Below are positions 11,360-24,353 of a stretch of DNA of 64,000 nt, one piece after another. The position numbers and the translations under genes were made by a program. The notes beneath the pieces were generated by a model. That model made no database searches. It had not been told where the DNA came from and was given only the letters and a program-made list of their open reading frames with translations. Within the stretch, counting starts at the first letter, position 1. The number at the start of each line of letters is the position of its first letter. This stretch comes from Lama glama (taxonomy: Eukaryota). The stretch spans positions 14,632,001 to 14,696,000 of the forward strand of contig CM052850.1 in assembly GCA_028534125.1 (NCBI GenBank), given 5' to 3'.

Positions 11360-14300
11360 GTATTTTTGAGATTCACCTGAATGTTTACATAGGGCTGTAT
11401 TCACTCATTTTACCGTATGGTATTCCCCGTTTTTCACGTAATACAATTTGTTTATCCTTTTTAACACTAAGGCATTTGTGTTGTTTTCAGCTTTTTGTGG
11501 TCACAAGCATTGCTTTGCTGAACAATCTTGTACATCTTCTGGGGCAGAGTTGATGGGTCTATGCACCTTCAGGTTTCCGAGGTGTTTGTTACCAACTTAT
11601 CTTTCAAAGTAGTTGGATCCCTTTATCCTCCAATCAGCAGGGTCTAAAACTTCTCATTACACATTCGTGTCAACTTCAGGTTTTACCCAGCATTTCAATT
11701 TTTGCTAATTTGTTGATTGTGTAGTTGTATCTCACTGGGATCTTAGTTCACAGTTCAGATTACTAATAAAATTATTCTCTCTTCATATGTTTATCGACCA
11801 CTGGTGTTTTCTCTTTTGGAAAATGCGTGTTCATGACTTTTGCCAATTTTCCTATTGGGATTTTTTTTTTCTATTTCTTTTTGAAATGTAGGGTTTCTTT
11901 CTTTTCCCTGAACACAAGTCCTTTGTTATTATATGTGTTGCCAATATTTCTTCCTAGATGGTGGCTTGCCTCTTCCACTTTCTTTATGGTATGTTTTGTT
12001 AAGAGTTTAAGTTCTAACTTTAATATAGTTTAATCTATCAATTTCCTTCTTTACGATTTTTCCTTTTGAGCCTAGTTTAAGAAAACTTTTCCTTCCTTGA
12101 AGTCACAGAAGTCTTTTCTTACATTTTATTCTCAAAGTTACACATTTTGCCTTTTACATTTAGGTCAGTAAGTCTAGCTCTAGCAACTAATACTTTCAAA
12201 GAGTGGGAAATAGGTATTAAATTTCCATTTTTTTTCATATGACCAAGTGTCTCCACATTACTTATTCTATAGAATTTACTTTATTCACTGATTTGCCAAG
12301 TCAGTTCTGTCATATATTAAGTTTCTAAGAATGTGGGACTCTCCATTTGATTGCATTTGTCTATTTATCGTAGCTTATCCCAGAACTACACTGTCTTTAT
12401 CTGACTTTAGTATAATTCTTTTTGTTTGTTTGTTTTGGTGTTTTTTTAAATTGAAGGATAGTTGATTGACAAAGTCGTGTTAGTTTCAGGTATACAGCAA
12501 AATGATTCAGAGTATAATTCTTGATTATAGTCAGATTCACAATCTCGTCCTTTCTTCTCCATTAATGTATTGGCTATTCTTGATTTTTTGTTCTTGTGTA
12601 TAAATGTTAGGATCAGCTTGAAAGAAATTTGTGCAATATTATTTGGAATCAAACTGAATACAAAAACTAATTTGAGAGAGAATTTATATCCATGAGTGAA
12701 TCAGATGTATCTCTCCACCTACTTAAGATTTCTTTAATGTCCTTCAGTAATACTTTCTAATTTTCTCCATAAAGGTTTGGTCTTCATACTTTTCAATGCA
12801 TTTTTTCCTTGTCCTCTTTATCATCATAAATAGTACACATAAGCACACACATAAAATATTTTCTAATGCCTTCATATTCCTTACAGCCATGCGATTGATT
12901 TTTATAGATTGATCTTATTGTGGGAAACACTGCTAAATTATTTTATTAATTCTAGTAACTAGTCTCTATTTTTTTGATTTCCTATGTAGACAATCATATC
13001 ATCTGAAAATAATGACAGTTCAGTTTCCTTTTTTCCAATTCTTGTATTTATTATGTTTTTTTTTCCTGTAGTCAAATCGAGCTGTCTAGGTTCCAATACT
13101 ATGTTGACTAGAAGTGGTGACAGTAGGCTTTTAAAATCTTATTCATAATTTAAAAGAGAATGCTTTTAATAATCTCCATGAAATATGGAGTTGCTATAGT
13201 TTTTGGCACTTACCTTTTACCAGATGAAGGAAATTACATGTATTCCAAGTTTTCTATGATTCTATTTTTAAAAAAATCATGAATATCAGCTGAATTTTAT
13301 CAGTTTTCTGTATTTACTGAAGTGATTTTTTTATCCTTTTAATATGGTGAATCACATTAATGCACTTTCTTATACTGAAATTGTGTTGCATTTCTGGAAC
13401 ACGTCTAATTTGTTAATGATGTATCGTCTTTTTATACATTGCTGAATTTGGTTTTCTGATGCTGTATTCAATAATATTTCATCTCAATTTGTGAATGAAA
13501 TTGGCCTGTGCTTTTTGCATATTCATAATTTTCTTGTTTCATCTTGAATTTGTACCTAGATTATTCCTATAGAATGAATTAGGCAATATTCCCTCCTTTT
13601 AAGTCTTTGAAGAAATATGTGAAACATTGTGTGAATTTACCAATGTCTCAAATGTTTGATGGAATTCATCTATACAACCATCTGGACCTGGTGTGTTTTT
13701 GATGAGCAGACTTTTTAATTGAGTATTCATTTTAATTAATGGCTATAGATAGGAGTGACAGAATTTCTGCTAGTGGTTTGGATCAGGCACTGGACTAGTC
13801 AGGATAGATGCCAACAAATACACATGAAACGGGATCTGTAGGCCTATGGTACCCAGAACTGATCTTCAGTTGATAGATTGTGGGCAGGCTTATACGGTCT
13901 TGGGGAAGGGACAAAACCGGCCCAGTTTGTACTTGGGGATCAAGACTGGGGCTCTTCAAAGCCAGTGTGTAAATGTTTCAATATTTAATAACCTAAATGT
14001 CCTGTATTACATTAAAGCAATGTATGCGGAATCAATAAAAAAACTTTCTAAATTGACTTTTTGGGATAATTCCTATTTTTCTAATACCATTTCTAACAAT
14101 TAGGCTAGCTTATTGGTATAAGCTTATTATAATATCTATTTAATATTTGTTTAATCTTTCGTGCACCTATAGTCTCATTTTTATTCCTAATGCTGTGTCT
14201 CAGACCTTCTCTTTCTGCCCATGTCTCCCATGTTCTTTTTCTGTAATCAGTTTTGCAAATGGTTTGTCAATTTACCAGACTTTACAAGGAACTGTCTTTT

Positions 14301-14560
14301 TGATTTTTTTGAGCCTTTCTAGTGTATGTTTACTTCTCGTTTCATTAATTCAGCTCTTATCTTTTTTTCTACTTTTTTTTCCTTTCTCTGTTTGTACTCT
14401 TTTTCTAACTTCCTAAATTTGATGCTTATTCATCCTAAATCTTTCTCTTTTTTTATTATAGGCATTAATTTAGATTTCTTTCCAAATCCTGCTCTTTCAG
14501 CATTTTCCAAATTTGACATATGATGTTTTTAATACTGCTCAGTCCAAAAGTTTTCTGAAC
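11360..14560 (-). mobile_element. Old L1 (L1M-type) 3' end/ORF2 region, degenerate
   Basis: T-rich antisense L1 motifs, e.g. 'gtgttcatgacttttgccaattttcctattgg', 'agacaatcatatcatctgaaaataatgacag', 'ccatctggacctggtg'. Confidence 0.85.
12421..12510 (-). mobile_element. Extremely 5'-truncated younger L1 3' end
   Basis: T/(TTTG)n tail plus 'aaattgaaggatagttgattgacaaagtcgtgttagtttcaggtatacagcaaaatgattcag', flanked by a perfect 12-bp TSD agtataattctt (12409-12420/12511-12522). Confidence 0.85.
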
Positions 14561-14859
14561 TGAGATGGTATCTCCAGATATTTAGTCTACCATCTTGCTG
14601 AAATTCAAGTCACCACTGGTCCTTTTAAACATCTCTGGAAGGATCAGGTCACACGTGATTATTTAATCTTCTAATTAGAAATTGTTGTGACTGAATTTTT
14701 AAATTGAAGTGGATTCTTCATCTCTCATTATGCTCGCCAAAGTGCCAGGAATGAAGTAATTAAATAAAGGCACAGCTCCTTTTGACAATCTGCTAAAAAT
14801 AAATGGGACAATAATTTTTTCTCTTTATTACTTGCTTGCCCCTCCCACCCCCATATCAT

Positions 14860-15375
14860 TTTTCCAGATTTATTGTAATATTATTGACATATAACATACA
14901 TAATTTTAAGATGCACCATGACATGATTTGATACATGTATCTACTGCAAAATGATTACCTCAATAAGGATAGTGAACCCTTCCATCTTCTCCCATAATTA
15001 CCTTTGTTGTTGTTGTGATAATATACAAGTTCTACTCTCTTAATAAATTCGAGTATATAATGCAGTATTGTTCATTATAGTCACCATGCTGTACGTTAGA
15101 TTCCGAGCACTTATCTATCTTTTACCTGGAAGTTTGTACCCTTTGGACAACATCTCATTTCCCCCACCCTCCTGCGCCTGGGAACCATCAATCCACTCCC
15201 TATTTCTATGAGTTAGGCTTTTTGAAATTCCATGTATAAGTGAGAACATACAGTATTTGTCTTTCTCTGTCTAACTTATTTCACTTCACACAATGGCCTC
15301 AAAGGTCCATCCATGTTGTGCAAAAGGCAGGACTTCTTTTCTTACAGCTGAATAATTGTCCATTGCAGATATACA
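14860..15375 (-). mobile_element. L1 (L1MA-like) 3' UTR fragment
   Basis: 'gcagtattgttcattatagtcaccatgctgtacgttagattcc', 'ccatgtataagtgagaacatacagtatttgtctttctctgtct'. Confidence 0.9.
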
Positions 15376-16100
15376 CCAACAAAGAGAGGGAGAAACGTTA
15401 ATTGATTCACTGAAACTGAATATAGAGACAGACATCAAGACAGCCTTTATGAACACACAGACACCAAGCATGTGTGTGTGTGCACACGCATGTAAACACA
15501 CACATACTCACGTTGACACAGAAGAAATGAGAGAGACACACACAGTGAGAGATGGTGGGGCGTGGAGATGAGATAACAGGTATAAAGAGAAAGGAGAGAG
15601 AAGTAAAGAAAGAGGAAAACTCAGATTCACATGGGGAAGAAAAAAATAGAATAAGAAATACCCAGAGGGAGATAAAGAGAAAAAATACAGAAGAAAATTA
15701 AAGGAAACAAAAACACACACACACACACAAAGATGCAAGGATACAGTTCTAGAAATACAGCCAAGAAGAGAGAGAAAGCCATTGTGAGAGGCTGTAAAAT
15801 TCAGAAAGAGACAGACGCTCGGAGAGAGTGAGAAACTTCGAGATACTTGTCCATGCAGAGGTGGACAGAGACAGCCATATGGAGAAAGAGACAGAGATGA
15901 GTTACAGTAGACAGAGGCAGAGGGATAGAGGAACATCCTGGGGCAGGGGTGGATGGAAGCAGAGAGATGGAGAATAATGAACAGAGAAAGAGAGACGGGG
16001 AGAGGCAGTGAGCGGTAGCTGAAGATAGGGGTCTGGAGGAAGGCAGGAGTGGGCAGCCCTTGGAATAAAAAAAATAAATAAAAGAATAAACAAATAGGAC
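15376..16100. repeat. Purine-rich (GA/CA) low-complexity tract
   Basis: Degenerate (GA)n/(CA)n with strong A/G bias. Confidence 0.8.
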
Positions 16101-16679
16101 AATTCGTGTTATATTTTCCCTTCTGACACTTTTCTCTGCTGAAAAGCAATACAAAGAGAAACAAGTACGGGGAGAATAAAGAATTTGGTCGACATCACAC
16201 AACGACTTTTTCAATATGGTCCTAAACTTCCAGAGAACATATTTTTTTTTTTTTTAGTTTTTCTCTAGTTGTTGGCATTGGATACTAGTGATTCAAGTCA
16301 GCACAACATCTGGAAATGAAAGTTATATAGACACCCGGGGGACCTGGATTAATCACCTTTCCTGCTGCCCTTACAATGAATCAGCAGCAACTTCAAACAA
16401 TAAAACAGCCCTGAACCGGTGATTTCTCAAGGGTTTGTTAACGATGCAGTACTCGAAAAAATGTATCAATTAAAAAGTACATATTGAATGGCACAATCTA
16501 TCATCACTGTGTGCTAAAGGGAGATTAAAAAAAAGAGCTCTAAAATATAACCCCATTTTCTTTGGAATTTATAATTTAGTTATGAAGGTTTGACTCAGAT
16601 GTTAATGCACTATAGAAAAATAATCCACTGAATTGTAAGATACTGAGTATTGATCCTACTTTTGTAAGTATATGGTATA

Positions 16680-16795
16680 GGCTGGAAAATAAATTCTCTG
16701 AGGACAGAAATTTGTATTTGTGTTTTTCACTGAAAGACCTTCAGAGTCTAGAATAGTACCTGGCATACAGTGGGCAGTGAATTTCTTATTAACTG
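16680..16795 (+). mobile_element. L2 3' terminus
   Basis: 'tctagaatagtacctggcatacagtggg'. Confidence 0.7.
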
Positions 16796-16804
16796 CATCT
16801 AAAT

Positions 16805-17030
16805 GGGATTTTGAGCCAGACAGATTTATCTTTTTGCTATTTATCAGCTATGTGGTCTTGGGCAATTAGTTATCTAGCCTCAGTCTTCTCATCTGTAAAA
16901 TGGGGATGACAACAGTATTAGCCTTACAAGCAATGATGAGGCCTAAATTAGGTTATACGTACACACTTGGTCCAGCACATGAACAGTAGCAAACAGTTAA
17001 TAAATGGCCCATATTATTCTTATTTATTAC
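16805..17030 (+). mobile_element. MIR SINE
   Basis: 'gctatgtggtcttgggcaa...gcctcagtcttctcatctgtaaaatggggatga'. Confidence 0.9.
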
Positions 17031-18264
17031 TGTCTGCTTCTTAATATATCTTCTGCTTTGAAACATTTTGCTAACTTGGTAGAAATCATTTCAGCACCAT
17101 CAAAATTTAAAGTATACATTTAAGAAGTACTTTATAATTCTAATTTTTAGTAATTAAGAGGATTCCTGCCTTAAGCAAGATGAAGTAGAGAATTTGATTA
17201 ATATTGTAAGAAATAAGATACACAGATATCACTAAATCCATAGGGTTTTTTATTTCACTTACAAAACTGTGTTATATTCATGAGATTATTAGCTGCAATA
17301 CTAATTAAAAAAATTGTAATGATCGCCACATTTTTTAGGTGTGATTCTGCATTTCAGGGTCAGGTCCCGGAAATGCAGATGCAAGAACAAACTTAACCAT
17401 TCCAGGGAACAGAAGTGACCGATATTTCCAGTCATGTCCAATTGCACCACTGGCATAGAAACACAGAGAGTGATGATGCTTAAAAAAAAAAAAAGTCAGC
17501 ACATTTTCAATTTAGATTGACACAATTCAAGAGACAGACATAACTGACATTTGTTCAATAACGTTTAAGTATGTCAAAGAATGGTGAAAGAAAGTTTGAT
17601 GTCGGCAGTCAGCTTAAAGTCAAGCACTGCACTAGGAAAATGTGTCTCAGGCTGATGCAGATGTTCTCAGATGAAATGTTCCCCTTAAAAAGTTGAAGGA
17701 GGTGTTGAACTAATGGAACACCGGTGGAACATCACTTAGCCTTGCCCCTCCGTAGTCAGCAGTAAATAAATCTCCTGTCCTTAAATATGTGCATGTGTAC
17801 GTTAATTGTTTGGTTGGAATTGGTCATAGGCAATGTGCTGGCAGGAATAAGATCTCCATTGACATAGCTGACACACTACGAATCATGAGCCTAACCCCTT
17901 TTTCTGGCTGTTAGTTGGTTACTGCCATCTGCATACCTGATCTACGGCCATCTAGGACTTCTGATTGTTCTCAGAACATAATTGTGTTTTCCTCCAGTGT
18001 GCCGTCCCTCAAGGAGTGCCTACCATATAGAACATTCCCTATTCTTCTGCTTGGTCATTAATATCCTACTTGCTCATTGAAATCCCGCTTAGACGACACC
18101 TTTATTATCTTTCCTTACTCTACAACCAGATAGAATTTCTCCTTTATATGAAATGCTCTCAGGTTCGCTATGAGATTATAAGGTCCTACATGGCAAAATC
18201 TCTTTCCCTTTATCTTTGTATTTCCTGTAGAAAATGACTCAAGGGTTTTCCATATAAGGCACCC

Positions 18265-18710
18265 GCATTAATGACCCCAATTTTTCTTCCTAACAAATCT
18301 CCATACCGTTTGCATATAACTTGACACTACCCTTTTGCGGTGGGCAGGGTGTACCTTCTCCACCCCTTTGTTTGGGCACATGACCTGCTGTGGCCAATGG
18401 CATGTTAGTAGGCATGGTGGGAGCAGAGACTTGGAAAGTGCTTGTGTGATTGGCCTCCTTCTTCTTGTTCTTCTGACATCACCATGAGTGAGAAGGCCAT
18501 TCTCAGGATAAAGATGAGAAGAAGAGATGTAGAGAGCAGAGTTGCTCCAAGTAAGATGCTCCGGTCAAAACTGCAGAGATACAAGCAAACTCAGCCTAGA
18601 TCAACTGAGCTGCAAAGACAATCATGTGAGAAGTGTTTATTGTTCCAGGCCACTGAGATTTTGTAGTTATTTGTTGCATAGCAATTTTGCAACAATAGCC
18701 AGTGGACACA
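18265..18710 (+). mobile_element. MLT1 (MaLR) solo LTR
   Basis: 'ggcacatgacctgctgtggccaatgg', 'gccactgagattttgtagttatttgttgcatagcaa'. Confidence 0.85.
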
Positions 18711-19419
18711 GTATTCAATTAATGTCTTCAAATAAATTGAAAGAAAATATTTTCCAGACTCTAGAATTTAATATTTAAGGACTATTTTATATGCACTTCA
18801 AATGGGGAAGAATGACCTATGAAAGACTTTATGGATTTGTTAAATGCATATTATAATGAGACTAGACTAAAGTTGTGGTTCTAATAAACGTTAATTTCAG
18901 TGGAGATGACCTGTGGACAATGTGGCGAGGTAGGAGTGAATGACACTTGCTAATTGGATTTTGAACTGGTAAAGGGATATATCCCCAAAGCAGTGAGAAG
19001 GCAAATGTCGGTAGGGAAGGAGCCAGGGTCCCTATCATCACCCATCTCTGAGTGATTTGCAGTTGCTCAGTGTTCTCCCCGGAGCATGAAGCCCAGAGAT
19101 AAACCCTGTATGTGAGGGCTCTTTGTTAACTGTAAACACTGAAGAAATATAAGGGGGTGTCTGTGATGACGACCGGGATGATGATGGTGACAACTAAGGT
19201 TCTTTCCAACTCCGGCTTTCTCAGCTTTTATTTCACCACCCTGAATTTGAACTTTAAAATTCCTGTTCTGCCTTTTTATGAGAGTCATCTTAAGGCGGGA
19301 ATTTTTGACATAAATACCGTAGGAATAAAATAAAATGACTATAAATGTCAGGCAAGAGAACAGACCATTTCTCTTTACTCTGAAAGCTAAAACTGTTCCC
19401 ACGAAGCCCTACCAATGGC

Positions 19420-19615
19420 CTTATATTTATGAAAAGTATGTTCGCCATTGACATCTGGTTTCATCCCCAGCCCAGCCTTGTGAGGTTGGTACACGTTAGC
19501 GTTCTGCAGCCCCCTCCCCACTCAACAGATGGTGTACTTGCCTCACAGACAGACTAAGTGATTTGCCCCGAGGGTATACGAGGAGGGAGCAGTAGGGCTA
19601 GGCTTGGAAGACAGG
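19420..19615 (-). mobile_element. Degenerate MIR
   Basis: 'catccccagcccagccttgtgaggt...acagatgg...actaagtgatttgccccgagg'. Confidence 0.6.
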
Positions 19616-19869
19616 GCAGAAAAGTCACTGACTGCCTCTCATAAATACATACTTTAGGCTTCTTCTGAAAATTTAATACACACTGAAGGAAAACTTCCAG
19701 TCACCATGCTTACCATAAGCTTCATGCAAGCCGTCACAGACAGACGTGGTGCCAAGAGTCAGGACGCAGACTTGGCCCACGTGTGCGACTTCAGCGGTGA
19801 AGGGCTTTGACTGCTGAGCTCAGGTGTCTCTGGGTTCTGAGGCTGCATCTCCCGGACAGAAAAGGGAGA

Positions 19870-20100
19870 CAGAATGAAGTGTGCATCTAAATTACTGTCA
19901 CTTGTTATTGATTTACTGATGGCTTCTAAAAATGTCGCATTTGAACTGTCAGTGGATTTGCCGACTGCTGGCGCGGGTGATGAAAGCAAGTGTGAACCAT
20001 AATTGATTAAGCCCCATTTGCTTATCCATATTATGCTAATTAGATCTGCAATCTTTCCCTTTGTACTATCACCCAGTGACAGAGTGAATCAGGGTGATTG
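19870..20100. promoter_or_regulatory. Candidate developmental enhancer
   Basis: Repeat-free; clustered MEIS, PBX-HOX, homeodomain, POU-like and SOX motifs. Confidence 0.4.
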
Positions 20101-20671
20101 GGATGCAGATAGGACTGGAGGCAAGACTGTAAGATTGAACAGGGCCCATCTTATCTGAGAGAAAGTTTCTTTCTTTAATATACTTCTCTTTGGAGATTAG
20201 ACTTTATATGACTCCTTCCTTGGCATTTTCTCTGGGATGATTTTATTCGAATTCATTTTAGCTTTCTGGACCCAGGACTTGAATTCTTTTTGTATAAACC
20301 CATCCTCTGGCTAGCAATGGCCAGGCTTGGAATAGGGTCAGAACGAGGAATTCTTTGGCAAGAAACTAGGACCACAGTACACTCTGGGGCAACTCCTAAT
20401 AGACCAGGAGAAGCTGAGTTTATTCTCTCTGACCTCCCAGCTGCCCGTAGGAAGTGAAGATTTTCTCCCATTTCTGAAGAGATTAGCTGGACTCCAAAGT
20501 CTACATTATACTAGAGTGTGAAACTTTTACATAAACTTTTTACTGCTGATCCTTACATGGCTTCATCAAATCACCCAGACCTCGGGAGAACGCGATGCTA
20601 GCTAAGAGGAAGCCGTTCATCACCAAACACATGTTGAACACACACTAAGTGCCAAATACCAGAGTATCTTC

Positions 20672-21230
20672 TTTTTTTTTTTTAAGTTGAACTATATTTG
20701 ATATACAACATTGTCTAAATTTAATGTGTACAACATATTGATTTGATACATTTATATGTTGCAATATGATTGCTATCATGGTGTTAGCTAACACCTCTGT
20801 CTTATCACATAATTATCATTTTATTTTTAGTGTTGGGAGCAATTAAGCCTTAGTCTCTTAGCAAGTTTAATGTGTATAATAGAGTTTTGTTGTCTATAAT
20901 CACTGTACTGTGTAGTAAATCTCCTGGACTTGTGTATCTGCTAGTCACAAGTAGATACCCTTAAACAATGTTTGTCTGGTTCCCTCCACCGCCAGCCCCT
21001 GGTGACCACCATGTTTACTTTCTGCTTTTATGGGTTCAGTTTTTTTTTTTAGATTCCACATATAAGAGATAATACACAGCATTTGTCTCTCTGTCTGAGT
21101 TACTTCACTTATCATGACATCCTCAAGGTCCATCTGTGTTGTCACAAATGGCATTTCCTTTTACCTCATGACTAACTAGTATTCTATGTAATATATATGT
21201 TACATAGAAAAAAATATATATATATATTCA

Positions 21231-21265
<35 letters not shown>

Positions 21266-21550
21266 GGTACCAATTCTATCCATTTATCTATTAACAGACA
21301 CTTGGGTTGTTTCCATATCTTGGCTATTGTGAATAATGTCACAATAAACATGGGTGTGAAGATNNNNNNNNNNNNNNNNNNNNNNNNNNNNNNNNNNNNN
21401 NNNNNNNNNNNNNNNNNNNNNNNNNNNNNNNNNNNNNNNNNNNNNNNNNNNNNNNNNNNNNNNNNNNNNNNNNNNNNNNNNNNNNNNNNNNNNNNNNNNN
21501 NNNCAGCAGGACACAAGGGTTCCCTTGCCTCCACATCCTCACCACCACTT
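20672..21550 (-). mobile_element. L1 (L1MA-like) 3' end with internal (TA)n and an N-gap (21364-21503)
   Basis: Poly-T tail, 'ttagattccacatataag', 'cacttgggttgtttccatatcttggctattgtgaataatg'; minus-strand peptide [21 protein letters not shown] is the L1 ORF2 C-terminus. Confidence 0.92.
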
Positions 21551-21730
21551 AAAGTATGCTTGTTGGGTCATCAGTGGAACCATCTCCTAAAGTGTTTGTT
21601 ACAATACAGATTTTTATACCCTGCCCCAGCGCCTTTGGAATCAGTCTCTGGCATTGCCATCTGAGTATCCACGTGTTTAACAAGTTCTCTAGGTGATTCT
21701 TCTTTGTATTAAAATGTAAGAACTACAGTC
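21551..21730. mobile_element. MER5-like hAT-Charlie element
   Basis: 'gaatcagtctctgg...tttaacaagttctctaggtgattct...gtaagaactacag'. Confidence 0.7.
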
Positions 21731-22119
21731 TTAGTATGATTCAATGATACAAAAGGAGTATAAGAGGGAGATTCTGGCAGTAATTAACTTAAAATCTAGA
21801 TGGGCTCATAATGATGATGATGATCATAATAATAAACATAAGAATATGATATAATTAACAAGCAAGATTATTTTAAAATCTTAGGGAGGGAGTATTAAAT
21901 GGCATCAAGTCTAACACTTCTCAAACAATTTTTATATATCAAATCCCAGAAGGAACCCAAAAAATAAACTGTTATAGTTGAAAAAAAACAAGGGGACATG
22001 GAGCCCTTGTATCTTGGTGACTCTCTTTCTTCCCATGGTGGCTCCAGGAACCAGAGGGACCTTGTATTTACATTGGAGAAAAAGATTATTAACAACAAAT
22101 TGAAACAACCAATAAACTG

Positions 22120-22900
22120 TGGAAAAAGTGTTCAAGTTCATTAGCAATCACAGGGATGCAAGTTAAAACAACTTCATAAGCATCACATTGGCAAAAATGT
22201 ACATGAGTTGGCTAGACTACCAGACAACTACCAGAAGTGTTCTTGAACATTGTTGGTGGAAATAAATTATTAAAGTATTTCTGGATGGTTCTGACAATAT
22301 ACGTTAAAAAAAAATAGACTTATTCTTTGATGCAGCAATCTCATTCCTGGGGATTTATCCCACAGAAATAAATGCCCTAGAACCTACAAGGATGTTTATT
22401 GAGCAGTGTTTTCTGTTGCTAAAAACTGAAGACAAATAAATGTTCATTGATAGGGAAATGAAGTTGTAGCCTACCCATAGGATGACAGGTTAAGCCATCA
22501 TTAAAATGATGACGGTCGTCCTGTACCAGTTAGCTTAGAGTGATTATCAGGGTGTATTTTTATGTGAGAACAGGTGGATTTTAACAACTCCAACTTTTAT
22601 GATGTCATGCAAGTCCTCCATATAGGTATATTTTATTGTGTGTGTACATTGTTTTAAGAGCATGCTGCAAGTCGGAGAGTGGTTAATGATGTTGCTTATT
22701 GTGTCTGGTTGAGCAGTGAGGAAAAGAAGATAAAAGGAAATATGCTATTTGAAAACTAGGGTTTGTACTATAAACCCACAGTATGATTTATGTAAAATTG
22801 TGGGTCGGTCATGGATACACACAAAGATTTATATACAAAGATCGCCACCAAATTATTAAAAGTATGTTTTATCTCCTTTGTTACATTTCTACATATTGTT
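22120..22900 (+). mobile_element. Very old L1 (L1ME-like) 3' fragment
   Basis: 'ttcattagcaatcacagggatgcaagttaaaacaac', 'gcagcaatctcattcctggggatttatcc', 'aggatgtttattgagcag'. Confidence 0.7.
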
Positions 22901-24064
22901 TGAATTTTTTTCCCCCAAGATACACTGTGAAGAATAAAAGCAAAACACTGATTTTGATCAAGCCCTTCATTTTAAATAAGAAAGCTAAAGGTCTGAGAAG
23001 TGTGGGTGACGTGATTTGCCTCTGGTCAAATAATAAGGAAATGACAAAGCATGACTCGAAACTTTGCTCCCCTCAAGTGCTACTGATCAGCATTATTTGT
23101 CGATGCAATGATGTTCTGAGTCATCACCTGGATTAAAATCTTAGGGGCAGACATCATGCCTCATTCATCTTCCAGTCTCTAGTGCCTTGCACATGGTAGA
23201 TAGAATTTTGTAAATGATATAAAATGAGCAAATCTAATACAGAAAAAATAGCCTATAAATATTATTTCAAAACGTACACTTGAAAAAAGGATCCAATGAA
23301 TTTGTATAGATTTTGTATGTTTTTGTGCAAATGTCTACCCATAAACCTTTCTCATTGATTTAAAACTGGAACAGTGAACTTTATTCTAGCTGTTCGATTG
23401 CCATCTAAACAGTTCTTCAGGACTCAGGAAAGTGTGAGACCTGAGATCATGGTGAAGTCCATTAACATGGTCAACTACTTAAGTACTAAGGCAGAGTTTT
23501 TTCATTTTAAGCTGACCTTATTTTTTCAATGAAGTTCCAGATTCTGAAAGCTATTTGTTTATTTATTTTTTTTACCAGATTACACTGTTTCATAGCATTA
23601 CAGTTACAAAAGTTACAAGATGTGTTTTTATACTGTGAATATTTTATAATGCTGCCAATCTTACTCACCATTGGAAACAATTTTACAGAATGAAAAGATA
23701 TTCAAAGAAGTCCTCAAAACAATATGATCAGTTCTACTTAAAGCCATTGTTCTTATTACTGTTTATTGTTTTTATTATAGTTAATATTATTAACATAAAA
23801 GTAACAATCAGATGATTAAAAGATGGGGCAGTTTAATTAGTACGATTCTGATAATGAATGTACACCATCTAAACAGGATTCAAACCGTGGGCAGTTAGAC
23901 TCCTAAACTCATAAACTTCCCACTGATTCTACTATATGACAACCCTGGTAAGTGTTAATGTCTATTAGTTCAAACCTTAAATAAACATGATGTCAAATCA
24001 ACTATGTGGTAGACCAGTTGACTTGTTTGGTGATTCCAATACATGTGGTATTTGTGTATGTTCT

Positions 24065-24282
24065 ATAGTCAGACATCCTTGAGAGTCCACTTACTAGTTT
24101 TAATTAATCTTCAACAAGTTAATTACTCAAGTCTCCATTTCCTCATTTGTAAAATGAGGATATTAATATAACTTGACCTCATGGAGTTACTGTGGGGATA
24201 AAATGAGATAACAATTGTAAGGTGTTTTGAATGGTGTCTAGCACATATTAGGCACTTAATAAATGTTAACTATTACTATTAA
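24065..24282 (+). mobile_element. MIR SINE
   Basis: 'tttcctcatttgtaaaatgaggat...gcacatattaggcacttaataaatgttaactatt'. Confidence 0.9.
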
Positions 24283-24308
24283 ATGCATAACTTAAATGCC
24301 GCCCAGTA

Positions 24309-24353
24309 AGTGTGGCTGATGAGTTTTCTCATGGACGAAATCCATCCTGCATT
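24309..24353 (+). ncRNA. Hammerhead-ribozyme-like motif (type I topology), probably degenerate
   Basis: CUGAUGA (24316-24322), 4-bp stem II closed by G-C, GAAA (24337-24340), AUC triplet (24344-24346), 7-bp stem I with G-U pairs; stem III is abnormally short. Confidence 0.3.

Noticed and set aside
10706-11404. Long ORFs spanning N runs (also at 21.2-21.7, 31.1-31.4, 39.6-40.4, 44.5-45.1 and 56.9-57.5 kb)
   Set aside because: Length comes from X codons in assembly gaps
15508-16164. 218-aa minus-strand ORF
   Set aside because: Translation of a low-complexity TC-rich strand; no family resemblance
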